A stretch of DNA of 64,000 bases from Bacillota bacterium (GTDB lineage Bacteria; Bacillota; Dethiobacteria; DTU022): assembly GCA_046483445.1 (NCBI GenBank), contig JAWODD010000008.1, forward strand, positions 752-64,751, in the 5' to 3' direction. The translations under genes and the position numbers were made by a program. Of the stretch, positions 63,289 to 64,000 are shown piece after piece; the first letter of the stretch is position 1; the number at the start of each line of letters is the position of its first letter. The notes under the pieces were generated by a model. It saw only the letters and a list, made by a program, of their open reading frames with translations. It made no database searches and was not told the DNA's origin.

Positions 63289-63531
63289 TTACCGCCACAC
63301 CCCCGGAAATTCTCCTTCCACTGCAATGCAGTAGGTCAGGTTTTGCGGAGACTCTTTCTGTACGTCCGGCAGCTTGAACTTTTGTTGGCCGTCGCCGCCA
63401 AATCTCGTACCGATCAACATGAAAAGCTTAGAGTGCTCTGCGATATATAAATCTTGACCCATACAGGCCAGCCAGCCTTCCGGTATTTTCCCGTACGGAA
63501 AAAGTCGTATTTCCCCTAAAAGTGCGTTCAT
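63289..63531 (-). CDS. short phage-tail-collar-domain protein (MdpB-like, 80 aa)
   Basis: LLGEIRLFPYGKIPEGWLACMGQDLYIAEHSKLFMLIGTRFGGDGQQKFKLPDV is the collar-domain core. ATG 63531 lies 7 nt after GAGGGAGG. Confidence 0.65.
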   Translation of the reverse strand: MNALLGEIRLFPYGKIPEGWLACMGQDLYIAEHSKLFMLIGTRFGGDGQQKFKLPDVQKESPQNLTYCIAVEGEFPGVWR

Positions 63532-63611
63532 AACTGTGCCTCCCTCAGTCTTTTCACCTTCCATTATGCTGAATCAAGTTTGTTTGTCCTCCCCCAAATG
63601 GGGGATTTTTT

Positions 63612-63645
63612 GAAAAAAAATAAACCCGCTCATTTTTGCGGGTTT
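63612..63645 (-). terminator. Rho-independent terminator of the LuxR-type gene
   Basis: AAACCCGC-8 nt-GCGGGTTT. The minus strand continues with a long T run. Confidence 0.8.
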
Positions 63646-63676
63646 CGTTGATACCGATTTTTCTATCCAATATTTT

Positions 63677-64000
63677 TCATACCAATTTTAATGCTTTTGC
63701 TTTTATTACCGCCTGTACTCTGCTGCTGACCTCGAGCTTTCCATATATACTCTTAGTATGTGTTTTTACTGTACTAGATGAAATATGGAGTTTTTCTCCG
63801 ATTTTCTTGTTAGACATTGCCTCTGCCATGTAATAAAGCACTTCCGCTTCTCGGTCTGTTAATTGGTCGTTCACTGTATCATTCGTAAACACTTTGCCGC
63901 TCTTTTCAGGTTCCCTTTCCAGGACCTGCCTGGCAACCAGGTAAAAGGACAATCGCTTGATATAGCCAACTATCTCATAATCAAAGCAGTGATTTATTTT
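63677..64000 (-). CDS. LuxR-family HTH protein, 5' end outside the window
   Basis: LTDREAEVLYYMAEAMSNKKIGEKLHISSSTVKTHTKSIYGKL. The frame stays open upstream of the track start (TTG 63952) to the window edge. Confidence 0.75.
   Translation of the reverse strand, partial: KINHCFDYEIVGYIKRLSFYLVARQVLEREPEKSGKVFTNDTVNDQLTDREAEVLYYMAEAMSNKKIGEKLHISSSTVKTHTKSIYGKLEVSSRVQAVIKAKALKLV

Noticed and set aside
1-64000. CRISPR arrays, tRNA/rRNA genes, IS elements, transposases, integrases, prophage blocks and toxin-antitoxin pairs.
   Set aside because: I scanned all intergenic regions and the ORF list and recognised none of these. No regularly spaced direct repeats, cloverleaf-like sequences, DDE or tyrosine/serine recombinase motifs, or terminal inverted repeats were present.

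Overview
The window looks like a chromosomal segment of an anaerobic, spore-forming Firmicutes/Clostridia-type genome. Supporting signs are GGAGG-type ribosome-binding sites, a GerM lipoprotein, a yqeZ(nfeD)-floA-yqfB operon, KtrAB and a Csp. I call about 55 protein-coding genes. I found no rRNA, tRNA, CRISPR array, transposase or integrase. Main blocks: (1) 2.9-16.6 kb is a PucR-associated N-heterocycle/ureide fermentation island. It holds a tandem cyclase-fold hydrolase, FdrA plus a DUF1116 (YlbE-like) protein, a three-subunit molybdenum hydroxylase, an NmrA-like reductase and two carbamate kinases. (2) 21-24 kb is a CsoR-family (Cys-only) regulator operon with a membrane polyferredoxin-FNR fusion and a TspO-like protein, preceded by two copies of a 12-nt operator-like box. 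(3) 32.2-33.0 kb is a stand-alone heliorhodopsin gene next to ktrAB. (4) 40-46 kb holds a CheB-CheR-PAS fusion, an overlapping PAS-LuxR regulator and a B12-radical-SAM enzyme with an extra C-terminal domain. (5) 45.9-50.6 kb holds murA inside a decayed local duplication, plus a cluster of small membrane/stress peptides, three of which fall below the ORF-track cutoff. (6) 52-56.5 kb is a lone glutamate synthase large subunit. (7) 59.1-63.1 kb is a surface protein of about 1333 aa with 15-16 GLUG-type repeats, an embedded S24/S26-like segment, a hyper-acidic N-terminal region and an apparent ATT start codon. All functional calls rest on motif recognition by eye. No database search was possible, and each finding names the decisive HMM or experimental check.
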